A DNA stretch of 64,000 nucleotides, from assembly GCA_963556805.1 (NCBI GenBank), contig CAUWCC010000003.1:2401-66400 (forward strand). Reading direction: 5' to 3'. The position numbers and the translations under genes are program-made. Origin of the DNA: an uncultured Bulleidia sp. Lineage in GTDB: Bacteria; Bacillota_I; Bacilli_A; Erysipelotrichales; Erysipelotrichaceae. Below the pieces are notes generated by a model. That model had not been told where the DNA came from and did no database searches. It saw nothing but the letters and a program-made list of their open reading frames with translations. This document shows, piece by piece, positions 1 through 11,497 of this stretch. Numbering within the stretch: the stretch's first letter is position 1; every line of letters starts with the position of its first letter.

Positions 1-198
1 CGGAAAGATGACATCGTTGCTCTAGCTATCGTATGTGATGGGGAACGTCCAGCATCACCATGCGGTATATGCCGACAGGTATTGAGTGAACTGCTGCACG
101 AAGATACCCCTATTTATTTATCAAATGGAAAAGAAGAAGTGACTTGTACGATGAAGGAATTACTTCCGATGTCGTTTAATATGGAGGATGTTTTGTAA
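1..198 (+). CDS. cdd: Cytidine deaminase, 3' end only (start lies before the window)
   Basis: Frame 1 reads ...PASPCGICRQVLSELL...ELLPMSF* (PCxxCRQ Zn motif). Its TAA overlaps the era ATG. cdd-era order is conserved in Firmicutes. Not in the ORF track. Confidence 0.92.
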   Translation, partial: RKDDIVALAIVCDGERPASPCGICRQVLSELLHEDTPIYLSNGKEEVTCTMKELLPMSFNMEDVL

Positions 199-1088
199 TG
201 AGAAGTGGGTTTGTAGCATTGGCTGGTAGACCTAACGCAGGTAAGAGCACGTTGATTAATTCTTTGGTCGGTGAGAAGGTGGCGATCGTTTCAGAGAAGG
301 CACAGACAACGCGCAGTGAGATCCGTGGTATTTATACAGACCGTGATCGTCAGATCGTGTTTACGGATACCCCAGGTATCCATAAGCCTTTAGATCGTCT
401 TGGGGCACGTATGAATAAAGAAAGTAAGGACGTTATGCAGGGGGTAGATGTGATTTATCTAGTCGTGGATGGTTCTGTTCCTTTTGCGGCTGGAGATGAG
501 TTTGTATTAAATATGGTAAAATCTGCTGATCTGCCGGTTTTTCTGATCATGAATAAGATCGATAAACTGCCTAAGGAGAAAGTCTTGCAAAATTTGATGT
601 CATGGCAGGAAAAATATGCATTTGCAGAATATTTTCCATTAAGTGCTAAGTTTGACCGTTCCTTTGAAGCATTGGTGGAGACGACTGCATCCTATCTTCC
701 GGAAGGCGGATTATTGTATCCTGAAGCGATGATCACGGATGGGGCAGAGAATTTCCGTATTGCTGAGATCATTCGTGAAAAGGTATTGCTTTGTACGGAA
801 CAGGAAGTACCGCATGCATCTGCTGTTAAGATCGAACATAAAGAATTTACGGATAAGGGTTGTGAGATCCAGGCTGTGATCTTGGTGGAAAAACCAGGAC
901 AAAAGGGTATTATGATCGGCAAAGGTGGTTCTATGCTGAAAAAGATAGGTTCTATGGCACGTAAGGATATTGAAAAGCTGTTAGATCAGCATGTGTACCT
1001 TTCTTTATTTGTACGTGTAGAAGAAGAATGGCGTTCGAAAGATGCACGTATTACAGAATACGGATATGGTGGTGCTTTTAGAGAATGA
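198..1088 (+). CDS. era: GTPase Era
   Basis: GRPNAGKS, QTTR, DTPG, NKID motifs; C-terminal KH domain (KGIMIGKGG). Confidence 0.98.
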   Translation: MRSGFVALAGRPNAGKSTLINSLVGEKVAIVSEKAQTTRSEIRGIYTDRDRQIVFTDTPGIHKPLDRLGARMNKESKDVMQGVDVIYLVVDGSVPFAAGDEFVLNMVKSADLPVFLIMNKIDKLPKEKVLQNLMSWQEKYAFAEYFPLSAKFDRSFEALVETTASYLPEGGLLYPEAMITDGAENFRIAEIIREKVLLCTEQEVPHASAVKIEHKEFTDKGCEIQAVILVEKPGQKGIMIGKGGSMLKKIGSMARKDIEKLLDQHVYLSLFVRVEEEWRSKDARITEYGYGGAFRE

Positions 1089-1831
1089 ATGAGCGGGAAA
1101 CGGGGATCGTTTTGAAACAGAGCGATTACCGTGAACGTGATGTTTTATTGTCTGTATATACGAAAACGTATGGAAAGATCAGCTTTGTTGTTCCTGGGGC
1201 AAGAAAGATCACGAGTAAGAATGCGGCTTCTATTCTGCCGTATGAAGAAACGGAACTTTTATTCGATGCAAAGGAAGGAAAGTCGCTCTTTCGTTTACGG
1301 AATGCACATGTTTTACAATTATTTCGGCATCTGCGTATGGACCTATCTGCTGTAGCAGCGGCTGGGGTCATTAGTGAAGTGATGGATGCTATGACTTTGC
1401 CAAGGGATACGCATGATAGTGAAAAATTATATGATACCCTTTCAGCATCATTCTCTGCTTTAGATACTGGGGTCCATCCTGATACGGTATTAGCTGTGTA
1501 CCTTGGAGATATCTTAACAAGATTTGGCTTTCGACCTGCTGTGGATGGCTGCGTATTGTGCGGTAGTGACACTGTTTGTGCTTTATCTGCGGCAGAGGGT
1601 GGTTTTCTTTGTGAGAAGCATGCAGAAGAAAAACAAATACCTCAGCAGGATCGTGTTGCTTTAGCAAGATTTCGTATGCTGGTAAGAGCTGGTATGCAGC
1701 ATTTATCCTATGTCATAGATAAAGGTGGAGCAAAGCAGTGCGATGTAGATGTTTTGGTCGATATGCTGGAGAGATATGCGGGTGTTCATATTAAAACGTA
1801 TACTTTTTATACAAAAGTTCGAGGCGATTGA
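1085..1831 (+). CDS. recO: DNA repair protein RecO
   Basis: GIVLK..DYRE.D N-terminus, C4 Zn finger (CVLCG...FLCEKH), directly after era. Confidence 0.93.
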   Translation: MNERETGIVLKQSDYRERDVLLSVYTKTYGKISFVVPGARKITSKNAASILPYEETELLFDAKEGKSLFRLRNAHVLQLFRHLRMDLSAVAAAGVISEVMDAMTLPRDTHDSEKLYDTLSASFSALDTGVHPDTVLAVYLGDILTRFGFRPAVDGCVLCGSDTVCALSAAEGGFLCEKHAEEKQIPQQDRVALARFRMLVRAGMQHLSYVIDKGGAKQCDVDVLVDMLERYAGVHIKTYTFYTKVRGD

Positions 1832-1874
1832 GAAATCGCTTTTTACGTGTGATGACAACCTGTCACACTAGGGT

Positions 1875-1903
1875 TTGAATCGTGACACGTGAAGTGCTAT
1901 ACT
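1875..1903 (+). promoter_or_regulatory. SigA-type promoter of glyQS-dnaG-sigA
   Basis: TTGAAT (1875-1880), 17 nt, then TG-C-TATACT (extended -10, 1898-1903). Confidence 0.75.
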
Positions 1904-1916
1904 GCTAACGTTTACA
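1903..1916 (+). promoter_or_regulatory. cre (CcpA) site overlapping the glyQS transcription start
   Basis: TGCTAACGTTTACA fits TGNNANCGNTNWCA. Confidence 0.55.
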
Positions 1917-1945
1917 AGTGTAATTTGATCAAGGGGGTACAAGTC

Positions 1946-3328
1946 ATGGATCAGGAAAAAACATTTGACCTCATCGTTTCACATGCCAAAAATACTGGTT
2001 TTGTGTTCCAGGGTTCTGAAATATACGGTGGTCTCAGCAATACATGGGACTTTGGTCCGTATGGTGTTATGTTAAAGGATAATATCAAGCGTGCTTGGCA
2101 GAAGAAGTTTATTCAGGAAGATCCGAATAACGTCGAGATTCAGGCTGCTATCTTGATGAATCCGCGTGTTTGGGAAGCTTCAGGCCATTTGAAGGGATTT
2201 TCCGATCCTTTGATGGATTGCAAGAGCTGTCATACACGCCATAGAGCAGATCAGCTTATCGAGCAGTGGTCTCATGGTGAAGTGAGTCCAGAAGGCTGGA
2301 GCAACGAGGAAATGGAGAAGTTCATCGAAGATAACAATATTCCTTGTCCAGACTGTGGCAAGCACGATTTCACACCGATTCGTTATTTTAATTTGATGTT
2401 TAAGACATTCCAGGGCACACTGGAAGATGCAAAGAGTGCTGTATATCTTCGTCCAGAGACAGCACAAGGCATGTTTGTAGATTTTAAGAATGTACAGCGT
2501 GCATATAGAAAGAAGCTTCCATTTGGTATTGGTCAGATCGGTAAGTCTTTCCGTAATGAGATCACACCAGGCAACTTCATCTTTAGAACAAGAGAATTTG
2601 AACAGATGGAAATGGAATTCTTCTGCAAGCCGGGTGATGATGATAACTGGTTCCCATACTGGCGTCAGTTCTGTATGGATTGGATCCTTTCTTTGGGTGC
2701 CAATAAGGATAATCTTCGTTTCCGTGATCATGATAAGAAAGAGTTGAGCTTCTACTCCAAGGCAACAACAGATATTGAATATAAGTTCCCTTGGGGCTGG
2801 GGAGAGCTGTGGGGCATTGCTGATCGTACTGACTATGACCTTACACAGCATCAGAATACTTCTGGTAAGGATCTGACATATTTGGATCCGACAACAAATG
2901 AGAAGTATCTGCCGTTCGTTGTTGAACCAGCTGTTGGTGTTGAGAGATTGTTCTTCATGTTCTTCACAGATGCCTATGATGAAGAGAAGTTGGAAAATGG
3001 TGATACACGTGTTGTTATGCACTTCAATCCAGTTTTGGCTCCGATCAAGGCTGCTATTCTGCCGTTGCAGAAGAAGAAACATGCTGAAAAAGCACAGGAG
3101 ATCTATCGTTCTCTGTCTTGTGATTTCACTGTAAATTATGATGAATCCGGTTCTATCGGCAAGCGCTACCGCCGTATGGATGAGATCGGTACTTTGTACT
3201 GCATTACAGTTGATGATGAGACTTTAGAGAATGGTACAGTTACATTGCGTGACCGTGATACGATGGAACAGGTTCGTCTTACGGTTGATGAAGTAAGAGC
3301 GAAGATCTGTGAGGAGATTCGTTTTTAA
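1946..3328 (+). CDS. glyQS: Glycine--tRNA ligase, homodimeric (alpha2) type
   Basis: [42 protein letters not shown] motifs. Start refined to ATG 1946 after SD AAGGGGG. Confidence 0.97.
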   Translation: MDQEKTFDLIVSHAKNTGFVFQGSEIYGGLSNTWDFGPYGVMLKDNIKRAWQKKFIQEDPNNVEIQAAILMNPRVWEASGHLKGFSDPLMDCKSCHTRHRADQLIEQWSHGEVSPEGWSNEEMEKFIEDNNIPCPDCGKHDFTPIRYFNLMFKTFQGTLEDAKSAVYLRPETAQGMFVDFKNVQRAYRKKLPFGIGQIGKSFRNEITPGNFIFRTREFEQMEMEFFCKPGDDDNWFPYWRQFCMDWILSLGANKDNLRFRDHDKKELSFYSKATTDIEYKFPWGWGELWGIADRTDYDLTQHQNTSGKDLTYLDPTTNEKYLPFVVEPAVGVERLFFMFFTDAYDEEKLENGDTRVVMHFNPVLAPIKAAILPLQKKKHAEKAQEIYRSLSCDFTVNYDESGSIGKRYRRMDEIGTLYCITVDDETLENGTVTLRDRDTMEQVRLTVDEVRAKICEEIRF

Positions 3329-3338
3329 GGAGATTTAA

Positions 3339-5099
3339 ATGTCATTTTACTCACCGCAGGAGTTGGACGAACTTCGTAGCAAAGCAGATATCGTAGATGT
3401 GATCTCACATTATATACAAGTGAAAAAGGTTGGACGGACGTATAGAGCTAGATGTCCTTTTCATGATGACCATGATCCTTCTATGCATATCAATCCCGAA
3501 ATGCAAATATATAAATGCTTTGTCTGCGGGGCAGGTGGCAATGTTTTTGGTTTTGTCCAAAAGTTTGAAAAGATTTCTTTTCCAGAAGCGGTGAGTAAAG
3601 TTGCAGATCTAGTTGGTTTTGAACTCTCATCGCAGCCTGTGAAGCAAAAAAAAGATGCAGATCCGCATAAACGTGTTCTGCATGAAGTCTTGCAGGAAGC
3701 TGTTCGGTATACGATGTATGAATTGAACAGTGAAGCAGGACGCCAAAAGAAAGAATATTTGCAAAGGCGCGGTCTGAATGATGATATCATTGCAAAATTT
3801 GAAATCGGCTACGATCCAGGAAGGGATGCTTTGTATCGCTTTCTGCATGCTAAAGGGTATACAGACCGGGATCTGGTTGATGCAAATGTTGTGGCGCTGT
3901 ATGGGGATGGTTTTCGTGATGTATTTGCGGATCGTATAACTTTTCCGATCCACGATGCAGCGGGAGATCCCGTAGGATTTAGTGCCCGTACGATCGATCC
4001 TAATGAACCGTCTAAGTATATCAATACAACAGAGACTGAGATCTATGTAAAGGGTAGACTTGTCTATAATGCACATCGTGCCCGTATGGAAGCACGTCGC
4101 CAAGGCAGGATCTACATATGTGAGGGTGTCACGGATGTGATCGCTTTTGCTAGAGCCGGCATAGATAACGCTGTATGTACACTTGGGACATCTTGCACCA
4201 ATGATCAGCTTGCATTGATCAAGCGACTGGCAGTACAGCTTGTGTTTTGTTATGACGGTGATGCGGCTGGTCAGAATGCGACGTGGCGTGCTGTAAATAT
4301 GGCCCTGGATCTTGGGGCGGAAGTCAGTGTAATCGATAATAGAACAGGCAAAGATCCGGATGAGATCATACGCCAGGATGGACCGGAAGCTCTGGTGAAA
4401 TTATCGGAACAGATGATCTCCTGGATGGAATTCTATCTGCAATACGAAAAAGATCGCACTAATTTGAACTCTTATTTAGAAAAGAAAGAGTTTATCGATA
4501 AAGTACAGGAACAGATCAAACGTTTACCAGATGAGACAGATCGAATGTATTTCACACAGCGTCTATCTGAGTTGACGGGGATCCATTTACAGTATGAGAG
4601 AAGTCCACGTGATGTTATTTCGTTGACTAGTACAGTGCGGCCGGTGCATGCGTCCGTACCTAAAGGGATTACATCAGCTGAAGATCAGATCTTGATCATG
4701 ATGCTGAAGAGTCCTTCTTTGGCTAGGATCTTTGAAGATGAGCTTGGATATTTGACCGATCCTGTCTATCAAGGTGCGGCTGTGGCGATCTTAGATTGCA
4801 TTCATAGGATCGGTAAAGCAGATTTGAATATTCTGCTTGATGCTGTGGAAGACAGTGATACAGCAGAATTGTTGACGACATTAGTATCTTCAGAAGCATA
4901 TCGTTTTTCATATAGTGAAGATATGATGCGAGGTGCGATCAGGAAAATAAAAAGAAATTATTTACGTGATCAAGCATCTGCATATCGGGAACAATTGAAT
5001 GATACTCTCAACAAAGAGAGCCGGCAGCTGTTAACACAACAATATATGAATTGCATGCTTTTTATTCGTAAGAATTTAGATGAAGAAAAGGATAAGTGA
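3339..5099 (+). CDS. dnaG: DNA primase
   Basis: CPFHDDHDPS...CFVC Zn finger, KYINT.ET, TOPRIM EGVTD and YDGD.AG. Confidence 0.97.
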   Translation: MSFYSPQELDELRSKADIVDVISHYIQVKKVGRTYRARCPFHDDHDPSMHINPEMQIYKCFVCGAGGNVFGFVQKFEKISFPEAVSKVADLVGFELSSQPVKQKKDADPHKRVLHEVLQEAVRYTMYELNSEAGRQKKEYLQRRGLNDDIIAKFEIGYDPGRDALYRFLHAKGYTDRDLVDANVVALYGDGFRDVFADRITFPIHDAAGDPVGFSARTIDPNEPSKYINTTETEIYVKGRLVYNAHRARMEARRQGRIYICEGVTDVIAFARAGIDNAVCTLGTSCTNDQLALIKRLAVQLVFCYDGDAAGQNATWRAVNMALDLGAEVSVIDNRTGKDPDEIIRQDGPEALVKLSEQMISWMEFYLQYEKDRTNLNSYLEKKEFIDKVQEQIKRLPDETDRMYFTQRLSELTGIHLQYERSPRDVISLTSTVRPVHASVPKGITSAEDQILIMMLKSPSLARIFEDELGYLTDPVYQGAAVAILDCIHRIGKADLNILLDAVEDSDTAELLTTLVSSEAYRFSYSEDMMRGAIRKIKRNYLRDQASAYREQLNDTLNKESRQLLTQQYMNCMLFIRKNLDEEKDK

Positions 5100-5138
5100 T
5101 GAGCACTCAATGGAGTGAGAGAGGCAGAAGGTGAAAGA

Positions 5139-6392
5139 ATGAATAGTAAAAATGCGGCAAATGATAAGAAGCAGGCTGCTAAGATCGAAATTTATAAAAA
5201 GGTCGGCAGAACAAAAGAGTTGAAGAGTTTGGATGAACTTAAGGAAGATTACCTCCGTGTCTATCATTCCGAAGGTTCTTTGTATCAGAAGGATGTTATG
5301 GATTCTTTGGAGAAGCTTTCTCTGTCAGATGATGATATGGATAATTTGTGGGATTGGTTCTCTGCAAATGACATTGAGATTTCTGAAGACGAGGATATTG
5401 TGGAAGAGATCACACCTGAAGATGAGGAAGATGACAAGGAGGATATTCTTGATGATGAACTTGATTCTAGCATCGATGAGCGTTCTGATGATGACGAAAT
5501 GGATATCCTCCGTAAGCGTTATGCACCAGAGGAGCTTATTACACGTAATACAACTGTACAATTGAATGACCCTGTTAAGATGTATCTAAAAGAGATTGGT
5601 CGCGTACCGCTTTTGAAGCCGGAAGATGAGCCGGAGATTGCAAAGCGAATCGAAGCTGGTGATGAAGAAGCAAAGAATATTTTGATTTCTTCTAACTTGC
5701 GTCTTGTTGTTTCTATTGCTAAGAAGTATGTCGGCAGAGGTATGTTATTCTTGGATCTGATCCAGGAAGGTAATATGGGTCTTGTTAAGGCAGTTGAAAA
5801 GTTTGATTATACGAAGGGCTTTAAGTTCTCTACGTATGCTACATGGTGGATCCGTCAGGCGATCACACGTGCTATTGCGGATCAGGCAAGAACGATCCGT
5901 ATTCCTGTACATATGGTAGAAACGATCAATAAGCTGACACGTGTACAACGTCAGCTTGTACAGGAACTTGGTAGAGATCCAAGTGCGGAAGAGATTAGTG
6001 CACGCATGGAAGGCATCTCTCCAGAAAAGGTAAGAGAGATCCAGAAGATCGCATTGGAACCAGTTTCTTTGGAAACTCCTATTGGTGAGGAAGATGATTC
6101 TCATTTGGGTGACTTTATCGAAGATAAGGATGCGATGTCTCCAGATGAATATGCAAATAATCAGCTACTAAAGGATGAGATCAACAATGTTCTCTCAGGT
6201 TTGACAGAACGTGAAGAGAAGGTTCTTCGTCTGCGTTTTGGTCTATATGATGGGCGTACAAGAACATTGGAAGAAGTTGGTAAGGAATTCAATGTTACAC
6301 GTGAACGTATTCGTCAGATTGAAGCAAAAGCTTTGCGTAAACTGAAGCATCCGACACGTTCCAAGAGATTGAAGGATTTCTTTGATAGATGA
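5139..6392 (+). CDS. sigA: Primary sigma factor SigA/RpoD
   Basis: [50 protein letters not shown]; follows dnaG. Start is ATG 5139 or GTG 5115. Confidence 0.98.
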   Translation: MNSKNAANDKKQAAKIEIYKKVGRTKELKSLDELKEDYLRVYHSEGSLYQKDVMDSLEKLSLSDDDMDNLWDWFSANDIEISEDEDIVEEITPEDEEDDKEDILDDELDSSIDERSDDDEMDILRKRYAPEELITRNTTVQLNDPVKMYLKEIGRVPLLKPEDEPEIAKRIEAGDEEAKNILISSNLRLVVSIAKKYVGRGMLFLDLIQEGNMGLVKAVEKFDYTKGFKFSTYATWWIRQAITRAIADQARTIRIPVHMVETINKLTRVQRQLVQELGRDPSAEEISARMEGISPEKVREIQKIALEPVSLETPIGEEDDSHLGDFIEDKDAMSPDEYANNQLLKDEINNVLSGLTEREEKVLRLRFGLYDGRTRTLEEVGKEFNVTRERIRQIEAKALRKLKHPTRSKRLKDFFDR

Positions 6393-7030
6393 ATCGCATT
6401 GATGAAATTGCAAAGATGGTCAAATCCGGCATGGTCTTAGCTGATATCGGCACAGATCATGCTTTTCTTCCCATTCAACTTGTTCAAACAGGGATATGTC
6501 CTAAGGCATATGCTTGTGATATTACAGAAGGTCCGTTGGCTATTGCAAAACGTAACATTTCTGCTGCTGGATTAGACGGCAAGATAAAGACGATCTTGTC
6601 AGATGGATTTGATCAAGTTCCTAAAGATACCCAATGTGTTGTTATTGCAGGTATGGGTGGTCATACGATCATTGGTATTCTAGAGCGTGCTGAAAATAGA
6701 TTGCAGGATCTTAAGCAGATCGTTGTCGAGGCAAATAATGATTCGGATGCATTGCGTCATTGGATCTCTTCAAAGGGATATACGATCACGGATGAGGTGA
6801 TGATTCATGATCGGAATCATGATTATGCATCGATCTCCTTTACGAGTGCGCCGCATGCTCCTTATACAGAAGAAGAACAGCTGCTTGGACCTGTTCTTAT
6901 GGCAAAGAGATCACCAGAGTTCATTTCTCATTGCATAAGGATGAAAGAGAAGCTCGATATGATCTTATCACATCGTCATGATGCTGTATTAGAAAAACAT
7001 AGAGAGTGGTATGCTGCATATACGAAATAA
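6389..7030 (+). CDS. trmK: tRNA (adenine22-N1)-methyltransferase
   Basis: [26 protein letters not shown]; syntenic with sigA. Confidence 0.94.
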   Translation: MNRIDEIAKMVKSGMVLADIGTDHAFLPIQLVQTGICPKAYACDITEGPLAIAKRNISAAGLDGKIKTILSDGFDQVPKDTQCVVIAGMGGHTIIGILERAENRLQDLKQIVVEANNDSDALRHWISSKGYTITDEVMIHDRNHDYASISFTSAPHAPYTEEEQLLGPVLMAKRSPEFISHCIRMKEKLDMILSHRHDAVLEKHREWYAAYTK

Positions 7031-7058
7031 GGATCGGTCAATCTCCCGATCCTTTTTT
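7029..7058 (+). terminator. Intrinsic terminator after trmK
   Basis: AAGGATCGG/CCGATCCTT stem plus T run. Confidence 0.85.
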
Positions 7059-7098
7059 GTTGCAGAATAGATACTGATCTTCAATGGTGCTGTAAACT

Positions 7099-7119
7099 AA
7101 AAAAGAGGCTCAGCCTCTC
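7099..7119 (-). terminator. Intrinsic terminator of rpsT
   Basis: On the minus strand AGAGGC-TGA-GCCTCT followed by T5. Confidence 0.75.
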
Positions 7120-7128
7120 TTTCGTGTA

Positions 7129-7392
7129 TTAAGCAATGTTATTTATAGCTGTAGCGAGTCTTGACTTCTGACGTGCGACATAGTTCTTCTTCTTGATGCC
7201 GCTGCAGATGGACTTGTCAAGGAGCTTGCTAGCTGTGTTGTAAGCTGCAATTGCTGCTTCCTTATCATTTGCTTCTACTGCTGTTCTAACAGCCTTAAGA
7301 GCTGTCTTAAGAGCACTCTTCTCGCCTGCCTTTGCATTCTGTCTCTTCAGATTTGTCAAAGCACGCTTCTTCTGTGACTTAATATTTGCCAT
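7129..7392 (-). CDS. rpsT: 30S ribosomal protein S20
   Basis: MANIKSQKKR...KS.LKTA.K...ARQKSRL; SD GGAGG before ATG 7392. Confidence 0.96.
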   Translation of the reverse strand: MANIKSQKKRALTNLKRQNAKAGEKSALKTALKAVRTAVEANDKEAAIAAYNTASKLLDKSICSGIKKKNYVARQKSRLATAINNIA

Positions 7393-7539
7393 AAATACAC
7401 CTCCGTTCTTAAATGCAAAATGGATTATATCAAAGCAAAAGTTAAATTGCAATGAAAAACGGCTTATTTATAGGCGTTTACGATGGTAGGACAAATCTAA
7501 ATTTTCTTGTATAATAATCCGAGTTAAGGAGGTTCGGTC

Positions 7540-8478
7540 ATGAAAGATGAAAAAATTATCTTTTTCGGGACACCAGAGTTTGCGGCAGCCATACTGCAGG
7601 TCCTGATCGATGAGAAATATAATGTGATTGCGGCTGTGTCTCAGCCAGATCGCCCTGTTGGTCGTAAGCATAAGATCATGCCGACACCTGTGAAGGTGTT
7701 GTGTGAAAAACATGATATTCCATGTTTACAGCCGGATAAATTGAAAGAAGGGTATGAGGATATTTTGGCTTTAGAACCAGATTTGATCTTGACTTGTGCC
7801 TATGGGCAGTTGATCCCTGAGGTAGTATTGCAATGTCCTCGTCTTGGCTGTATCAATGTACATCCAAGTTTATTGCCAAAGTATCGTGGTGGTGCTCCTA
7901 TGCATTATCCTATCCTAAATGGTGATCATGAAACAGGTGTATCTTTGATGGAGATGACACAGGCGATGGATGCAGGTCGTGTTTATGCTCAAGTCAAACT
8001 TCCAATCGGACCTGATGAAACAGAAGCAGAGCTGGAACCACGTTTGATGGCCGCATCTTGTGAGATGGTGCGTACATATTTGACGCCTTATCTAGAAGGG
8101 AAACTCCCTGGGGTAGAACAGGATGAGAGTCTTGTGACATTCTGTCATAACATTACACGTGAGCAGGAGAAGGTATCCTTCCAAAAAGAAGAGATCCATG
8201 CTTTGTATAACCATATAAGAGCTTTGATTGATTGGCCGATTCCATATGGTGTGGTAGAAGGCAAACGAGTAAAGTTTTATGCAGTGAGAATGCAGGAAGG
8301 TGCGTGTGGTAGTCCAGCCGGCACGATCCTGGGATTCAAGGATCATGCAATGATCGTAGCTGCAAAAGGCGGAACGATCCTTGTGAAGGAACTGCAGCCT
8401 GAGGGCAAAAAGAGGATGAATGCGGATGCGTTTGCGAACGGATATGCCGCTGAATGGACTGGAAAGAGATTTGATTAA
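7540..8478 (+). CDS. fmt: Methionyl-tRNA formyltransferase
   Basis: [44 protein letters not shown]. Confidence 0.96.
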   Translation: MKDEKIIFFGTPEFAAAILQVLIDEKYNVIAAVSQPDRPVGRKHKIMPTPVKVLCEKHDIPCLQPDKLKEGYEDILALEPDLILTCAYGQLIPEVVLQCPRLGCINVHPSLLPKYRGGAPMHYPILNGDHETGVSLMEMTQAMDAGRVYAQVKLPIGPDETEAELEPRLMAASCEMVRTYLTPYLEGKLPGVEQDESLVTFCHNITREQEKVSFQKEEIHALYNHIRALIDWPIPYGVVEGKRVKFYAVRMQEGACGSPAGTILGFKDHAMIVAAKGGTILVKELQPEGKKRMNADAFANGYAAEWTGKRFD

Positions 8479-10295
8479 TGATTGATCAGAAGCATATTAG
8501 AAATTTTTGCATTATTGCACATATTGACCACGGTAAGAGTACTCTTGCCGATCGTATCTTGGAAATGACAGATACTGTCAGACAGCGTGATATGAAGTCA
8601 CAGCTGCTCGATGATATGGAATTGGAAAGAGAACGTGGTATTACGATCAAGCTGAATGCTGTGCAGCTTTCGTATACAGCCAAAGATGGGGAAGAGTATC
8701 TCTTCAACTTGATCGATACACCAGGTCATGTCGACTTTACGTATGAAGTTTCGCGTTCCTTAGCGGCATGTGAAGGTGCTGTTTTGGTCGTAGATTGCAC
8801 CCAAGGTGTACAGGCACAGACTTTGGCAAATACATATCTTGCTTTAGATAATGATCTGGAAGTGATTCCTGTTATCAATAAAGTAGATATGAATAATGCG
8901 ATGCCGGATATGACAAAGCATGAGATCGAAGATATTATCGGTTTGGATTGCACGGATGCACCGTTGATCAGTGCTCGTACAGGTCTCAATGTAGCAGAGG
9001 TCTTGGAACAGATCGTAACGAAGATACCCGCCCCAAGCGGAGATCCAAAGGCACCTTTGCAGGCGCTTGTATTTGACTCTTTCTATGATCCATATCGTGG
9101 TGTTATTGCTTTGGTAAGGATCCGTGAAGGTGAGTTGTCGGTCGGTGATAAGGTCAAGTTTATGGCAACGGGAAAGGAATATGAAGTGCTTGAATGTGGT
9201 ATCCGCAATCCGAAGGAAGTAAAGGTCAATACACTTGTATGCGGTGATGTAGGTTGGTTTGCGGCTTCAATCAAGGATATTCACGACGTCCGTGTTGGTG
9301 ATACGGTAACAAAGGCAGATCGTCCTGCTACCCAGCCACTTTCTGGATATAAGAAGATGAATCCAATGGTCTTCTGTGGTCTTTACCCAAGTGATGCGGC
9401 AAGATATCAAGATCTGCATGATGCTTTGGATAAACTGCAGTTGAATGATGCAAGTCTGCAATATGAGCCGGAGACATCCCAAGCACTTGGTTTTGGTTTC
9501 CGTGTAGGTTTCCTTGGCCTTTTGCACATGGATGTCATTCAGGAGCGTTTAGAGCGTGAATATAACTTGGATTTGATTGCAACAGCACCATCTGTTATCT
9601 ATCACTGCTACTTGAGTGATGGTTCTATGCTTGAGATCGATAATCCAGCTAAGATGCCGGATGCTTCACGTATCGATCGTGTAGAGGAACCGTATGTGAA
9701 AGCAGAGATCATGGTACCAGATGCATATATTGGGGCGGTTATGGAGCTGTGTCAGAATAAGCGCGGTATTTTCAAGGGGATGGATGTCATTGATGCAGGT
9801 AGAAATACGGTCATCTATGAACTGCCGTTATCTGAGATCATCTTTGACTTCTTTGATCGTTTAAAGTCATGTTCTAAGGGATATGCTTCCTTGGATTATG
9901 AAGTGATCGGATATCGTCCTGAGGATCTTGTTCGTATGGATATCTTACTAAATGGCGACACAGTCGATGCTTTGTCTGTTATCGTACATCGTGAACAGGC
10001 ATATGCACGTGGTTCTGTTATTGCTCGTAAGTTGAAGGATCTTCTTCCCCAGCAGCAATTTGAAATACCTGTACAGGCAGCAGTCGGCGGTAAGGTCATT
10101 GCGCGTACGAATATCAAAGCATTGCGTAAAAACGTCTTAGCTAAGTGTTATGGCGGTGATATTTCTCGTAAGAAGAAGTTGTTGGAAAAACAGAAAGAAG
10201 GTAAAAAGAGAATGAAGGCAGTTGGTTCTGTAGTGATCCCGCAGGAAGCTTTCATGGCAGTTCTTTCTGTGGATGATGAACCAAGGAAGAAATAA
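8478..10295 (+). CDS. lepA: Elongation factor 4 (LepA)
   Basis: [46 protein letters not shown]. Confidence 0.99.
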   Translation: MIDQKHIRNFCIIAHIDHGKSTLADRILEMTDTVRQRDMKSQLLDDMELERERGITIKLNAVQLSYTAKDGEEYLFNLIDTPGHVDFTYEVSRSLAACEGAVLVVDCTQGVQAQTLANTYLALDNDLEVIPVINKVDMNNAMPDMTKHEIEDIIGLDCTDAPLISARTGLNVAEVLEQIVTKIPAPSGDPKAPLQALVFDSFYDPYRGVIALVRIREGELSVGDKVKFMATGKEYEVLECGIRNPKEVKVNTLVCGDVGWFAASIKDIHDVRVGDTVTKADRPATQPLSGYKKMNPMVFCGLYPSDAARYQDLHDALDKLQLNDASLQYEPETSQALGFGFRVGFLGLLHMDVIQERLEREYNLDLIATAPSVIYHCYLSDGSMLEIDNPAKMPDASRIDRVEEPYVKAEIMVPDAYIGAVMELCQNKRGIFKGMDVIDAGRNTVIYELPLSEIIFDFFDRLKSCSKGYASLDYEVIGYRPEDLVRMDILLNGDTVDALSVIVHREQAYARGSVIARKLKDLLPQQQFEIPVQAAVGGKVIARTNIKALRKNVLAKCYGGDISRKKKLLEKQKEGKKRMKAVGSVVIPQEAFMAVLSVDDEPRKK

Positions 10296-11386
10296 TGGCA
10301 AAGCATTTATATCTGCATGTGCCGTTTTGCCGCAGTATATGCTATTACTGTGATTTCTGCCACATAGTAAAAAATGAGGCAGTGGAACAAAGCTGGCTGA
10401 CAGCCTTGCAAAAAGAGTTTTCTCTTCGTACATTTGATTGCGATCTGGAAACAATATATATCGGCGGAGGTACGCCGAGTGCTTTATCTTTGTCACGTCT
10501 GGAGCAGGTATTCCTGCTCCTTTCTCCCTATACAGAATATTTGCAAGAATATACGATCGAACTCAACCCTGAAACAGTTACCGATGAACTTGTACAGCTT
10601 TTAGTGAAGTATGGCGTTGATCGTATATCTATGGGATTGCAAACAAGTGATGATGCTTTGCTGCAAAGTATCGGTAGACATCATACATACCGAGATGTGC
10701 AGCAGGCATGTAAATGTCTGCGACATTGGGGCATTGATAATATCTCTTTAGATCTGATGTATGGTCTGCCTGGTCAAACAATGGCAATGTTGCAGCAGTC
10801 TGTACTGGATGCACTTGCATTGGCACCAAAACATCTATCGTTATATTCCCTTACGATAGAGGAGAACTCTGTATTCGGCAAACGCGGCGTCAAATCGGTA
10901 GATCCAGATCTTGATGCCGACATGTATACATGGATCTGTGAAGAATTGCCTAAACATGGATTTGAGCACTATGAGACAAGCAATTTTGCTTTGCCACATT
11001 ATCGTTCTCTGCATAATACAGCGTATTGGGAATACAAAGATTTTTATGGTGTGTCATGCGGAGCCAGTGGGAAAGAGGGACATATGCGTTATGATAACTG
11101 CCGCAATATTTATTCGTATTGTGCAGATCCTATGCAGCGTGAAGAGATCTTTCTTGACCGGGATGATGAACAGTTTGAGATGGTCATGATGTCACTGCGG
11201 ATGGATCGTGGTCTTGATCTAAAGTCATATGAACAAAAGTTTGGGGAGTCTTATCAAGTTCGTTTTGGCAGTGCTAGTGAACGTTTGGTAGAGCAGGGAT
11301 TACTAGCATATACAGAAGATGGGTATGTACGCGCAACAGCACGTGGTGCTTTTATCTTAAATTCTGTATTAGTAGAGTTGATGTGA
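10295..11386 (+). CDS. hemW: Radical SAM heme chaperone HemW (HemN-like)
   Basis: LYLHVPFCRSICYYCDF (CxxxCxxC), YIGGGTPS, YETSNFA, HNTAYW; follows lepA. Confidence 0.92.
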   Translation: MAKHLYLHVPFCRSICYYCDFCHIVKNEAVEQSWLTALQKEFSLRTFDCDLETIYIGGGTPSALSLSRLEQVFLLLSPYTEYLQEYTIELNPETVTDELVQLLVKYGVDRISMGLQTSDDALLQSIGRHHTYRDVQQACKCLRHWGIDNISLDLMYGLPGQTMAMLQQSVLDALALAPKHLSLYSLTIEENSVFGKRGVKSVDPDLDADMYTWICEELPKHGFEHYETSNFALPHYRSLHNTAYWEYKDFYGVSCGASGKEGHMRYDNCRNIYSYCADPMQREEIFLDRDDEQFEMVMMSLRMDRGLDLKSYEQKFGESYQVRFGSASERLVEQGLLAYTEDGYVRATARGAFILNSVLVELM

Positions 11387-11387
11387 C

Positions 11388-11416
11388 TTGCATAGCAAAT
11401 AAGTGTCTGCTATAGT
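11388..11416 (+). promoter_or_regulatory. SigA-type promoter of rpsO
   Basis: TTGCAT, 17 nt, TG-C-TATAGT. Confidence 0.75.
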
Positions 11417-11423
11417 AAATAAG

Positions 11424-11485
11424 CTTTCAGGCTGGGAAGTGACGCATCCTCGGCACATTGCTCGGCTTGGAACGACAGAAAGAAA
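11424..11485 (+). promoter_or_regulatory. Candidate S15 autoregulatory leader (three-way junction)
   Basis: Pairings CUUUC/GAAAG, CAGGC/GCUUG, GGA/UCC and CGGC/GCUCG form a 3-helix junction in the 5' UTR. Firmicute rpsO leaders are known to have such a fold. Confidence 0.5.
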
Positions 11486-11497
11486 GAGGAATTTAAA

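Noticed and set aside
1846-1869. Hairpin GTG(A)TGACA-ACC-TGTCACAC upstream of the glyQS promoter as a T-box remnant
   Set aside because: It lies upstream of the promoter and has no T-box or specifier motifs; more likely an RNA stability element or weak terminator for recO.
5330-5500. Acidic D/E-rich tract in SigA
   Set aside because: Normal acidic linker after region 1.1.
7038-7047. 10-mer TCAATCTCCC shared with 26707-26716
   Set aside because: A single 10-bp match in 64 kb is compatible with chance, and the contexts differ.
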